A DNA stretch of 64,000 nt from the NCBI GenBank assembly GCA_001818315.1, contig MHKF01000010.1, positions 3,853-67,852 on the forward strand, given 5' to 3'. This document shows, one piece after another, positions 1 through 8,302 of this stretch. Numbering within the stretch: position 1 is the first letter of the stretch; each line of letters begins with the position of its first letter. Origin of the DNA: Candidatus Kerfeldbacteria bacterium RIFCSPLOWO2_02_FULL_42_19 (GTDB lineage Bacteria; Patescibacteriota; Patescibacteriia; HO2-48-17). A program made the position numbers and the translations under genes. A model generated the notes under the pieces. It did no database searches and had not been told where the DNA came from. It saw nothing but the letters and a program-made list of their open reading frames with translations.

Positions 1-1373
1 TCTACCTTGGAACCCAAAGGAAGTTCTTTTATTTCCGCAATAGAAGGTTGCGACTGTTCAGTATCATTCATTTGCGTAGGTGAAATTTTCTCCGAAACAT
101 CGATCAAAGAGGGTGTCTCACCAGAGAGAGCTTGATCTGCTCCCGGAATATCCTGCTGTACAATATCTTGAGGAAAAACATTGTCTTGCCCAGGTGTTGG
201 TTGTGTATTCCATTGCCACTGCCCAATAGAAGTGCGAGCCCAGGAGACCCCCTCTGTTACATCAGTTGGAAAAGTTATAATATCCACAACTTCACCCAAA
301 GGATTCGTTAGCGAAACAGCATCACCGGTATTATTCAAAGCAATCGAAACTTCCGGCTGTTTCACAACAAAATAACTACGTGCGGCGATCGTCGTATCTT
401 CGGGAAAAACATACGTCCGCGCTGTATCCCCTATCTGCCAACCAAAAAGACTTATGGAACGATCCTCTTGATTCCAAAGCTCTATCCATTCAAAAGGAAA
501 ATCAGTCCCAACAGGATTCGGAAAAATTTCATTCATGAATACACGAGCTTGCACATCAACCGGCTGAATTTTCGAATCATCCTCTGGCGCTGGCGTTTCA
601 TCTTCTGAATCATCATCTGTTGGCACTTCGTCAGAAGGTTCGGTTTCGTCCTTATCTTCTGGCGTCCCCTCATCCGTATCCTTATCATCATTCGGATTCG
701 GCACGACACTGTCGTTATTTTTCTCTTTTTCATCAGAATCGTCTTTGGAGGTATCGGTATCATTTTGATCATCATCTTGTGTCTCATCAAAAACATTCAC
801 TTGTCCAGGTGTGACGTGTGAAGTCCACTGCCATTCCCCTTCCGAATCCAAACTAAAACTTTCCCCCTCAACGACACTGCCGTTATAACGCATGCTGTCA
901 ACAACTTCCCCGTTGGGATCAACAAATGTCACTTGATCACCTCCGCTATTATTCAACACAATTCCTGATGTCGCACGATACAAGACAACATAGCCCCGAC
1001 TCGAAACTAACGATACATTTCCAGAAGGAATCACGAAAGTTTTTCCACTCGCATCAATAATTTTCCAATCTTTCAAATCAATCCCCTGACTTGAATAATT
1101 GTAGAGCTCTATAAACTCATTCGCAGTATCATCACCAATGGGATTTGGTAAAATTTCAGAAATCTGCAAAGAGTGATTATAAACAACAGGAATCGGATGA
1201 ATGCTCGGCTGTGATGGCGATGGCTCCGTCGGAGGATTTGGAGGTTGCTGAGGCGTAGTGGGTTGTGACTTCGGAACAGAAGGGGGCACTTCATCACAAG
1301 CTGAAGCAACACGCGAAGGAACAATAAGCAGGAAAACAAAGAGAAGGAGAAAACAAATACGTACATAAAACAT
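1..1373 (-). CDS. secreted lamin-tail-domain (LTD) repeat protein; 3' end runs off the window start
   Basis: ATG at 1373 is followed by a hydrophobic signal peptide (MFYVRICFLLLFVFLLIVPS) and the frame stays open to position 1. At least three LTD-type repeats are present (NEFIELYNYSSQGIDLKDWKIIDASGKTFVIPSG; FEWIELWNQEDRSISLFGWQIGD). The track ORF 1109..1366 starts at a neighbouring ATG in the wrong frame. Confidence 0.6.
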   Translation of the reverse strand, partial: MFYVRICFLLLFVFLLIVPSRVASACDEVPPSVPKSQPTTPQQPPNPPTEPSPSQPSIHPIPVVYNHSLQISEILPNPIGDDTANEFIELYNYSSQGIDLKDWKIIDASGKTFVIPSGNVSLVSSRGYVVLYRATSGIVLNNSGGDQVTFVDPNGEVVDSMRYNGSVVEGESFSLDSEGEWQWTSHVTPGQVNVFDETQDDDQNDTDTSKDDSDEKEKNNDSVVPNPNDDKDTDEGTPEDKDETEPSDEVPTDDDSEDETPAPEDDSKIQPVDVQARVFMNEIFPNPVGTDFPFEWIELWNQEDRSISLFGWQIGDTARTYVFPEDTTIAARSYFVVKQPEVSIALNNTGDAVSLTNPLGEVVDIITFPTDVTEGVSWARTSIGQWQWNTQPTPGQDNVFPQDIVQQDIPGADQALSGETPSLIDVSEKISPTQMNDTEQSQPSIAEIKELPLGSKV

Positions 1374-1491
1374 ACAATGAAAATAAAAATAAAAACGCCC
1401 TCTTTTCAGAGGACGCACATCTCTTACTTACAACGTATCATCCAAAATCACTCATGTCAACAGTCGTTTTATCCACAGACGGCGCGACGGC

Positions 1492-2142
1492 TCACGGTTG
1501 CATAAGCCCCTTAGGAGTAGCGACATGCGAACCGCCGCTGACCTCATCAGTGCCAACTTCAAGTTCATAACTCAGATCATAAAACTGCGCCGGGAGACTT
1601 CCAATAGGAGTATAAATATAATCACGTCCGCCGGGAGTAGAATTTTGAGGCAGTGTCTGTAAAAAACGCGGCACTAATCCATCCAGTATATCGGGGTACG
1701 ATCCATCCGCTTCAAAATGCGCCCGCAATGCAGCCTGAAGACTTTTAATGTCGACAACACGCTGCTCATCACGAGTACGCGCTTGTGGATCATTCGTCGT
1801 TGGTGCGGTATTCACATTCAATTTATCATTCACCTCACCGTCCTCGTTCGTGTTATCTTGCGGGACATTAGTTACAGGTGCGTCATTCACATTGAGCTCA
1901 GTCGCATTGACGTTTTGATTCGACGTCAATTCTGCGAGATCATCATAAGTAAGTTCAGGATATTGAGGGTCATCGTTATCCGGATTGCGATTCGAAATCT
2001 CACTATTACTCTCCTGCGCTGAAGCTGAAGGCGTGTTACTATTCGAAGCAGTATTTCCTGAAGATTGCTTGCTGCGATTCAGAACGCATCCCGCAGAAAA
2101 TAAAAGCGCGAAAAAAAACAAAGTGAATATAAAAAATTTCAT
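1492..2142 (-). CDS. lipoprotein with a C-terminal pilin-like globular domain
   Basis: Internal ATG at 2142 gives MKFFIFTLFFFALLFSAGC (lipobox-like). The longer track ORF 1492..2313 is an antisense read-through of the tRNA. Asn/Thr-rich linker, then a C-terminal segment RVVDIKSLQAALRAHFEADGSYPDILDG typical of type IV pilin/pseudopilin globular domains. Confidence 0.5.
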   Translation of the reverse strand: MKFFIFTLFFFALLFSAGCVLNRSKQSSGNTASNSNTPSASAQESNSEISNRNPDNDDPQYPELTYDDLAELTSNQNVNATELNVNDAPVTNVPQDNTNEDGEVNDKLNVNTAPTTNDPQARTRDEQRVVDIKSLQAALRAHFEADGSYPDILDGLVPRFLQTLPQNSTPGGRDYIYTPIGSLPAQFYDLSYELEVGTDEVSGGSHVATPKGLMQP

Positions 2143-2230
2143 ATATTTGCTGCAAAGCCATTTTCCCGTATTATACTCTACGTACCTCAAACATGCTACT
2201 ATAACGAAGATGCAAAAACCTGCGCTGCAC

Positions 2231-2315
2231 GCCGAGGTGGCGAAATTGGTAGACGCGCCAGGCTTAGGACCTGGTGGGGAAACCCATGGAGGTTCGAGTC
2301 CTCTCCTCGGCACCA
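2231..2315 (+). tRNA. tRNA-Leu (anticodon TAG), type II with long variable arm
   Basis: Acceptor stem gccgagg/cctcggc; anticodon arm ccagg-cuTAGga-cctgg; long variable arm; T arm ggagg-ttcgagt-cctct; discriminator A plus encoded CCA. Confidence 0.85.
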
Positions 2316-2453
2316 GTAAGGAAATAGCAAGGGGTTTTGGTTCGCCTCGCTTCGCTCGGCGACTAATTGGTATTCAATTTCGGGGGTAAAAACGAATTCA
2401 CGATTTCGCATTTTGGGGGAAGAAAATTTTTTAATCCTTAATCCAAATGCAAT

Positions 2454-2675
2454 ATGAAATACATACTTTACACTCGCAAATCTACCGAAGAAGATGACCG
2501 ACAGGTTTTAAGTATTGAAGCGCAACTCGTAGAGTTGCAAGAGTATGCCGCCAAAGAAAAACTTGAAATTGTCGCCTCGCTTTGCGAGGCCAAAACCGCC
2601 AAAGAGCCCGGAAAAACAATCGGCTCGAACCATGTTTTAGGAGAAAGAAGAAAAGAAAAATTTTTAATCATATGA
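2454..2675 (+). pseudogene. serine recombinase (resolvase/large serine recombinase) N-terminal fragment, truncated
   Basis: MKYILYTRKSTEEDDRQVLSIEAQ matches the catalytic-serine N-terminus (Y-x-R-x-S-T-x-x-Q ... SIEAQ) of serine recombinases. The similarity decays after about 55 aa and the ORF stops at 73 aa. It lies immediately 3' of a tRNA. Confidence 0.5.
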
Positions 2676-3448
2676 ACCAAAAAGGATTTGTAAATATCAT
2701 CATACTTATCGTTGTGATCGTTGCTATTGCCGGAATAGGCGGTTATGTCGCTTTGAATCGGCAATCTCCATCGCCGGGGCCCGCTCCAACACCTACGCCA
2801 ACACCAAATCCAATTCAGAACCCAAGTCCTACTCCAACCCCTACACCGACGCCAAAACCAAAGACGGAACCGACCACTTCTTTTACTCTTCCTCCGATCA
2901 CCAGTAAAGATTCAATATGTATTTTGCCTTATGGCAACGAAACAAATATTACCGACCCGAATCATCCTTTGGTAGTAGAGTCTAAACAAGTGGTGCTCGG
3001 TTTTGGTATAAGCGAGGACTACTTCAATAAACATTTTAAATTTCTGTGCGCGGTTGCCGACCAACCTTCTCATCGCCAAGTCAGGTGGCAGTATACGATT
3101 GGAGAGTTTACAACGATTATTTACGACGAGATCGGGTTTTCTGGTAGTACCAACATTCACGGTATCAACAATGATTTGTATGGGTTGACAGAAATTCAGA
3201 AGGTTATTTCTAAAACCGAAGCGGGACAGTTTATGCAATCGTGCATAGGAGATTTTAAAGAAGCTCGCGTAGGATTTGTATTTCCAAATGGATTTGATCG
3301 CAGAACGAGCCACGCTAAACCTTACTTGACAGCTAGTTCTGTTAAAGAAGAACGAGGGCTGGATATCAGTTGGGACGTAGGTAATGTTAATCTCCAAACC
3401 GGAGAATGTATTAAAGGTAGTGGTGGTGTAATTCATGCTCCTTTGTAA
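2672..3448 (+). CDS. membrane-anchored protein with Pro/Thr-rich linker and C-terminal globular domain, unknown function
   Basis: ATG at 2672 gives MNQKGFVNIIILIVVIVAIAGIGGYVAL (single TM), then a PTPTP-repeat linker. The track ORF from 2582 is an upstream extension overlapping the recombinase remnant. Confidence 0.5.
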   Translation: MNQKGFVNIIILIVVIVAIAGIGGYVALNRQSPSPGPAPTPTPTPNPIQNPSPTPTPTPTPKPKTEPTTSFTLPPITSKDSICILPYGNETNITDPNHPLVVESKQVVLGFGISEDYFNKHFKFLCAVADQPSHRQVRWQYTIGEFTTIIYDEIGFSGSTNIHGINNDLYGLTEIQKVISKTEAGQFMQSCIGDFKEARVGFVFPNGFDRRTSHAKPYLTASSVKEERGLDISWDVGNVNLQTGECIKGSGGVIHAPL

Positions 3449-3605
3449 TACTTTTTATTGCCGCCAAAGAAAAATTGGAAATTGTTAAATCTCGCGGCAA
3501 AGCCGCTCCGAATTCACGGGGGGCTCCTCGCCGCCGCAGGCGGCGAAATGCGTTCGAACTAATTCAAGAATACAGCACCAAAACTAACTTTGTCGGAATT
3601 GGCTG

Positions 3606-3839
3606 CTCCGCGCCCCGCCTTTGGCGGGACTGCGCCTCAACAAAATTTTCTTCTCCAATTTTTAGATTTCGCGCGCCCCCCAAAAAAAATTTAAATAAGG
3701 AAGAATAAAATTTTGTTTCGGCGTTCTACCCTATCGGGCAGACGGAGACGGTCTGGCGCTCGCGGGCAAAAAGTTTCCATCCCCCTTCAACCCCTTTCCA
3801 CTTTTTGCTCGCTCGCTTGATCTGGCGGAAAAAGTTTTT
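3606..3839. repeat. left copy of a ~234-bp inverted repeat pair (partner 6303..6535)
   Basis: Reverse complement of 6303..6535 aligns base for base with 3606..3839, with only a handful of mismatches or 1-nt indels. GC-rich, with a small hairpin ccgcc-ttt-ggcgg and three copies of a caaaaagt motif. Confidence 0.85.
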
Positions 3840-3848
3840 CGCAGACTC

Positions 3849-3876
3849 TTGACAACAATTTACAATCGGTTATTAT
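3849..3876 (+). promoter_or_regulatory. putative sigma70-type promoter for the rSAM maturase
   Basis: TTGACA (3849..3854), 16-nt spacer, TATTAT (3871..3876). Lies just inside the inverted-repeat boundary. SD aaaggaggg sits 6 nt before the ATG at 3960. Confidence 0.4.
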
Positions 3877-3959
3877 CATAGCGGATTAAGGTAAAATAAT
3901 TTTACCCTATATAGCACCTTGACATAGCCCAAAACCAACAAAAGAAAGGAGGGCCAGTT

Positions 3960-5315
3960 ATGACGGCTAAACTCAGTGCACCCGTAGATGTGCAAATCGA
4001 ATTGACGCAGGCTTGCAACTGGCGATGCCGCCACTGTTACAACTACTGGCGTTCGGCTGGGACAACGACCAAGTCTGGTCGACATCTTTCGTGCGACGAT
4101 CTTTTTCGCATTGTGCAGGAACTGACTACCAACCGAGTTCCGTCGATCACAATTACGGGCGGTGAGCCGTTTTCACGACGCGGAGAAGTTTTTACGTTAC
4201 TGGAAACAGCCAAGAAGGCGGGTATCCACGCGTCAATCAACACAAACCTCAGTCTTGTGAGAAAAGAAGACATCGAGAAGCTCGCTGATGAACACGGCGG
4301 CGTATCGATTCTCTTCTCGCTTTTGTCAGCAGACGCGGCAGAGCATGAACGTCTCGCTGGCGCCCCGAACGGCTCCTACGTCCGAGTAATCGAGACAGCG
4401 GCCTTGGCCATCCAGCACGGGATTCCGGTGAGTCTCAATATGGTTCTCATGCGAGAGAACCTCCACGCAATGGAGGTTACGGCACGCCTTGCTAAGAATC
4501 TCGGTGTGCGCACGTTCTGTGCGACAAAAGCGCTCCCTAATGCTCACGCACCTGACGGCGCATTTCTCCTGTCAGCAGAGCAGGTGCATTGGTCTCTCGC
4601 TGAGCTCATGCGGATTGAGAAACTACTCGAGATTCCCGTCGACATCTTGGGTTGTTACCCCAGATGTCTCCTTGTAGACACTCCTGCGTACCAACGTTTC
4701 TCACACCGCACCTGTGTGGCTGGCTATACAACGGTTACGATCGGTGCCGATGGGAACGTGAGACCATGTTCTCACATGGAAACAAGCTACGGGAACATCC
4801 TCCACAAACCGCTCGCCGATATCTGGCAGAAAATGGGTGGTTGGCGCGAGGGTGAGTTTATCCCCGAGGAGTGTCATGGTTGTCCAGTTGTGGCTGCCTG
4901 CAGAGGGGGCTGTCGCGTCAACACGCTCACGCCAGGTTTAAAGAACATGGATTGCTATGCTGACACGCGGCGTTTGGTCGGTTTACCACAGGAACGTTTG
5001 GCTTCACGCTTGCCCGAGGAGATAGGCAACATCCCGACCAAGGTTATAGTGTGTCCGCAAGTAAGGTTTCGAGACGAGCCATTCGGGGCGTTGGCTTACA
5101 GAATCGACCCCCTTGCCATCGTCCTGATAAACCACAGCGCTACGGCTTTCCTCAGAACTGTAGCGGAAAAGAGAGAGAAGTTTGACCTTTCCTCCTTCCT
5201 TGAACGATCTGGCGCAATGACCGAAAGTGAGCGCAGGAGCGTAGAGCGTCTGTACCAAAAGTTGATTCGGAAAGGTTTCCTAATGACACCAACAAATCAG
5301 CAAGAAAGGAGGTGA
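3960..5315 (+). CDS. radical SAM / SPASM-domain peptide maturase with C-terminal PqqD-like RRE domain
   Basis: CNWRCRHCY (CX3CX2C radical SAM cluster motif); GGEPF SAM-binding motif; C-terminal Cys-rich SPASM region (CHGCPVVAACRGGCRVN). The last ~90 aa (VRFRDEPFGALAYRIDPLAIVLINHSATAFL...ERLYQKLIRKGFL) resemble a PqqD/RiPP recognition element. Confidence 0.85.
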   Translation: MTAKLSAPVDVQIELTQACNWRCRHCYNYWRSAGTTTKSGRHLSCDDLFRIVQELTTNRVPSITITGGEPFSRRGEVFTLLETAKKAGIHASINTNLSLVRKEDIEKLADEHGGVSILFSLLSADAAEHERLAGAPNGSYVRVIETAALAIQHGIPVSLNMVLMRENLHAMEVTARLAKNLGVRTFCATKALPNAHAPDGAFLLSAEQVHWSLAELMRIEKLLEIPVDILGCYPRCLLVDTPAYQRFSHRTCVAGYTTVTIGADGNVRPCSHMETSYGNILHKPLADIWQKMGGWREGEFIPEECHGCPVVAACRGGCRVNTLTPGLKNMDCYADTRRLVGLPQERLASRLPEEIGNIPTKVIVCPQVRFRDEPFGALAYRIDPLAIVLINHSATAFLRTVAEKREKFDLSSFLERSGAMTESERRSVERLYQKLIRKGFLMTPTNQQERR

Positions 5316-5320
5316 TAGTG

Positions 5321-5473
5321 ATGGAAGCAGACATCCGTAACGACACAGTCGCGGAGAACGAACAGCCCGAAGTGTTCGCCGAAGTATCGCTGTTCGGCGC
5401 AAAGATGGCTGGCAGCGACGAAAGCGGCGACTGCAGCTGCTTCAGTTGCGACGGGAACCCGTGTAACAAGTGA
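5321..5473 (+). CDS. putative RiPP precursor peptide (50 aa, acidic leader, Cys-rich core); below the ORF-track size cut-off
   Basis: Strong SD aaaggagg 8 nt upstream of the ATG, and the start is only 6 nt after the maturase stop. MEADIRNDTVAENEQPEVFAEVSLFGAKMAGSDESGDCSCFSCDGNPCNK has a C-terminal 4-Cys cluster like SCIFF/ranthipeptide-type precursors. Confidence 0.6.
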   Translation: MEADIRNDTVAENEQPEVFAEVSLFGAKMAGSDESGDCSCFSCDGNPCNK

Positions 5474-5504
5474 GCCATTAGACGCGCGTTTCCCGCAACA
5501 TCAA

Positions 5505-5540
5505 GGGGGAAGTTAACCACACTCCCCCCTTTTTTATTTT
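5505..5540. terminator. intrinsic terminator hairpin between the convergent precursor and peptidase genes
   Basis: gggggaagt-taaccac-actcccccc stem-loop followed by tttttatttt. Confidence 0.55.
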
Positions 5541-6202
5541 ACAAACTGTTTTTTGAAGTCGGTTATGAACTGTTCGAATTTCTCGTCGAAGTATAATGGG
5601 ATGCTTTTAATAGAAATGTGCATTGAGTGACGGTAGCTTATCGCGGCAATAAATTTTTTCCATCCATACCGCCTTACAGAGAACATAACTAGCAACCCAG
5701 TAATATTATAACCATTATGTTCTGCGGCAACTCTCCAAGATACACGCTTGAAGGGCACGCCTTCTCGTGTAATCTTTTCCCAATCCGTAGTTGATATTGA
5801 GGGCTTAAAAATTTGGGCCGCAACATATACCGATACCCCCTCTTTTAACCAGTCCGGTAAATTGGGGTTTAATGTGTTGGTATAAAGGTGTGTTATTTCA
5901 TGCAGAAGTATTTGGCTCATTACCTTCCTCCCTGTTAATTTCTCGTTGGTACTAAGTACATAAATGTGAGAGGTGCTCTTTGGAGGCACGTAAGCAACAA
6001 GCCAGTCTGGCACTTTCTTTTTGTGAATCGCCTTTAAAAAGGATGCTCTATTTCGAAAGACGTGCACTACAACAAAAAAGGGAGAAACAGAAAACAATCT
6101 AGTTAACTTCTGGATATTCGAATGAGTATTTCTGATATAAAAATTCTTTTGCGGTATCACCGATTCAAATATAAATTTGATTTTTGTACCTCGTCTTCTC
6201 AT
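5534..6202 (-). CDS. putative zinc metallopeptidase (HExxH), candidate leader peptidase
   Basis: LLHEITHLY HExxH motif with a Glu about 20 residues downstream (DWLKEG). Encoded convergently inside the same inverted-repeat-bounded segment. Confidence 0.5.
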   Translation of the reverse strand: MRRRGTKIKFIFESVIPQKNFYIRNTHSNIQKLTRLFSVSPFFVVVHVFRNRASFLKAIHKKKVPDWLVAYVPPKSTSHIYVLSTNEKLTGRKVMSQILLHEITHLYTNTLNPNLPDWLKEGVSVYVAAQIFKPSISTTDWEKITREGVPFKRVSWRVAAEHNGYNITGLLVMFSVRRYGWKKFIAAISYRHSMHISIKSIPLYFDEKFEQFITDFKKQFVK

Positions 6203-6302
6203 AGTTCTTAATTTTACTGGCGATGTATAACATTATTTATACCAAAGATACCAAAGATACCAAAGATTATCATTATTGTAAACAGCATGGTCAAGAGTCG
6301 TC

Positions 6303-6535
6303 AAAAACTTTTTCCGCCAGATCAAGCGAGCGAGCAAAAAGTGGAAAGGGGTTGAAGGGGGAGGGAAACTTTTTGCCCGCGAGCGCCAGACCGTCTCCGT
6401 CTGCCCGATAGGGTAGAATGCCGAAACAAAATTTTATTCTTCCTTATTTAAATTTTTTTTGGGGGGGCGCGAAATCCGGAAATTGGAGAAGAAAATTTGT
6501 TGAGGCGCAGTCCCGCCAAAGGCGGGGCGCGGAGG
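6303..6535. repeat. right copy of the ~234-bp inverted repeat pair (partner 3606..3839)
   Basis: See the left copy; near-identical in inverted orientation. Confidence 0.85.
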
Positions 6536-6696
6536 CGTTGCGTTATTGGCGTTTTTCAAAAATTTTTATAAAATGAGTTTAAGAAATGTCGCTGATTTTC
6601 CCGTTCAAAAAAGGTTCGCGCAAAGTGTATAATTACAGCACCAAATAAAAAATGCTACAATATCCATAGCTTATTCTTACTCCTTAATATATCTTT

Positions 6697-7074
6697 ATGC
6701 GATTCTTTAAATGGGCTCTTTTGTATAGCCTTCTCGTATGGATGATACCCTTTGTCATTGCTTTTCTTATTTTTCCTTTACGCAATTCTGATCGCGATTT
6801 TTTTGAATCCATCATGCCTGTGGCGGTCGTTCTCGCAACGGTTATATTTTCTGGCCTGTATTTTAAGAAGGTACATCATGAGTACTTAAAAGAAGGATTG
6901 CTCCTCGGCGTCATTTTTCTCCTTGTTAATCTCGTGTTCGATCTCGCTATGTTCAGTCAAGGACCATGGGCTATGCCTCTCGGAAAGTATATCAAAGATA
7001 TCGGATTTACCTATCTGATGATCCCGATCATCACGGTTGGCTTTGGCGCTGCCCTGCAAAAGAAGCAAAAATAA
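6697..7074 (+). CDS. small integral membrane protein (about 4 TM), unknown function
   Basis: Hydrophobic segments throughout. Possible upstream -10 (tataat) about 80 nt before the start. Confidence 0.45.
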   Translation: MRFFKWALLYSLLVWMIPFVIAFLIFPLRNSDRDFFESIMPVAVVLATVIFSGLYFKKVHHEYLKEGLLLGVIFLLVNLVFDLAMFSQGPWAMPLGKYIKDIGFTYLMIPIITVGFGAALQKKQK

Positions 7075-7233
7075 ATCTTCGTGTACAAGTGTTTGATTTT
7101 CCACCCACTTCTATTATAATGCTCATGCAGTAACAGAAAGTATCTGTTCTGTGGTGTGTCAGTAGCACGCCAATTTTATGGTTTGCGCCAAGAGTCTAAA
7201 AAACTCTAGCGCCAGCTTAGGAGACTGAAAAGC

Positions 7234-8190
7234 ATGCTCTTTACAAAATCTCGTGCAGAACTCAAGGCAACGTTCTTGGGTTACGAAATGGGCAAATGGC
7301 TGTGGGGAGGTCATTTCGATCCCAGGGTCCCTGTGTACATTCCTCTTGCTTCTTTTCTTCAGAGGGAGCGCGATGCCAAAGAACCCTGCCACATATGGCG
7401 GGGAGAGCTTGTAGTACGCCTCGCAAATGCGCTGACAGAAAAGGTTGTAGAGCCACCTGCTTCCACTCCTCTTGATCTTCTGAGGCAACTCTCTCCGCTG
7501 GGAGTGCCGCTGAAGGATCTTCACTCTGATAGTCACGGAGATTGGACGCGCAATCTCATCGACTGTTTGGAGACTTTCTGCCGTCCTTCGGTAGAGATGA
7601 GGATGGTGGAATTTGAACCGGGCACGATACTCGTTCTCCTCAAAGAGAGGGAAAACGAACGCGTCTGGGTTGTGAAAAATGGATCGGGACAAACCCTGGT
7701 CCACAGCCACGCAGATTTTTCATGGTACGCAGCACTACAAGTGCTGGTGTACCTGTGGGATCATCATGGTCCAGGATGGGAGCAAGCACGCAGCATGCTG
7801 TGTGATGTACTCGAGAAAGTGGCAGATAACTACCGCGCGCAGCAGACTGAGGCGTTTGATTCCGCCGTGGCGGTGTCCGTCGATGGTACACGGATTGTGT
7901 GTGCTGATGAAGTGCTTATCGTAAGTCTCGGACAATGCTGGCATTTTTCCCATTCCATCTTCTCTAATGCCAAAATCGTGCTTGATCCGAGCTATGAGAA
8001 GACTGAAGGACAGCAGTTCACTCCGCAATTGATCGAAACGTTAGCCGGTGATTGCAAACTGAATCCTCAGTACCTCAAACGTCTGTATAAGGAAGGTGGC
8101 CACCGAGAACGGCGCATCTTCATCACCGGTCTGCAACATTGCCCACCGGATGCACTGAAGGCGGCGGGGATCTCTGAGAGCGCAAGATAA
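7234..8190 (+). CDS. hypothetical protein (GC-richer than surroundings)
   Basis: Longest ORF in the region; GC visibly higher than the flanking sequence; no recognisable motifs. The antisense ORF 7159..7710 is rejected. Confidence 0.4.
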   Translation: MLFTKSRAELKATFLGYEMGKWLWGGHFDPRVPVYIPLASFLQRERDAKEPCHIWRGELVVRLANALTEKVVEPPASTPLDLLRQLSPLGVPLKDLHSDSHGDWTRNLIDCLETFCRPSVEMRMVEFEPGTILVLLKERENERVWVVKNGSGQTLVHSHADFSWYAALQVLVYLWDHHGPGWEQARSMLCDVLEKVADNYRAQQTEAFDSAVAVSVDGTRIVCADEVLIVSLGQCWHFSHSIFSNAKIVLDPSYEKTEGQQFTPQLIETLAGDCKLNPQYLKRLYKEGGHRERRIFITGLQHCPPDALKAAGISESAR

Positions 8191-8302
8191 AACTGTCGGC
8201 AGTTGACCGAGGATCTTTCCAACAACAAAGGGCGCGGTGCTATACACACTATACACGGCGCCCTTACAATTTCTATCCATTAAAATGTAGGAACTCATCT
8301 TT

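Noticed and set aside
1109-1366. 85-aa ORF as an independent gene
   Set aside because: Out-of-frame artefact of an adjacent ATG. The LTD protein starts at 1373 in another frame and continues to position 1.
2143-2313. N-terminal extension of track ORF 1492..2313 (MPRRGLEPPWVSPPGPKPG...)
   Set aside because: It is the antisense translation of the tRNA-Leu gene. The real start is the internal Met at 2142 with a lipoprotein signal.
3475-3708. ORF MEIVKSRGKAAPNSRGAPRRRRRR... and the mirror ORF 6223..6411
   Set aside because: Both run through the GC-rich inverted repeats and have Arg/Pro-rich nonsense composition. They are treated as non-coding repeat sequence.
6241-6267. three tandem copies of a 9-mer (ataccaaag)
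   Set aside because: Short low-complexity tract in a promoter region. Too small to call a functional repeat.
7159-7710. 183-aa minus-strand ORF
   Set aside because: Antisense to the longer 7234..8190 ORF; composition-driven.
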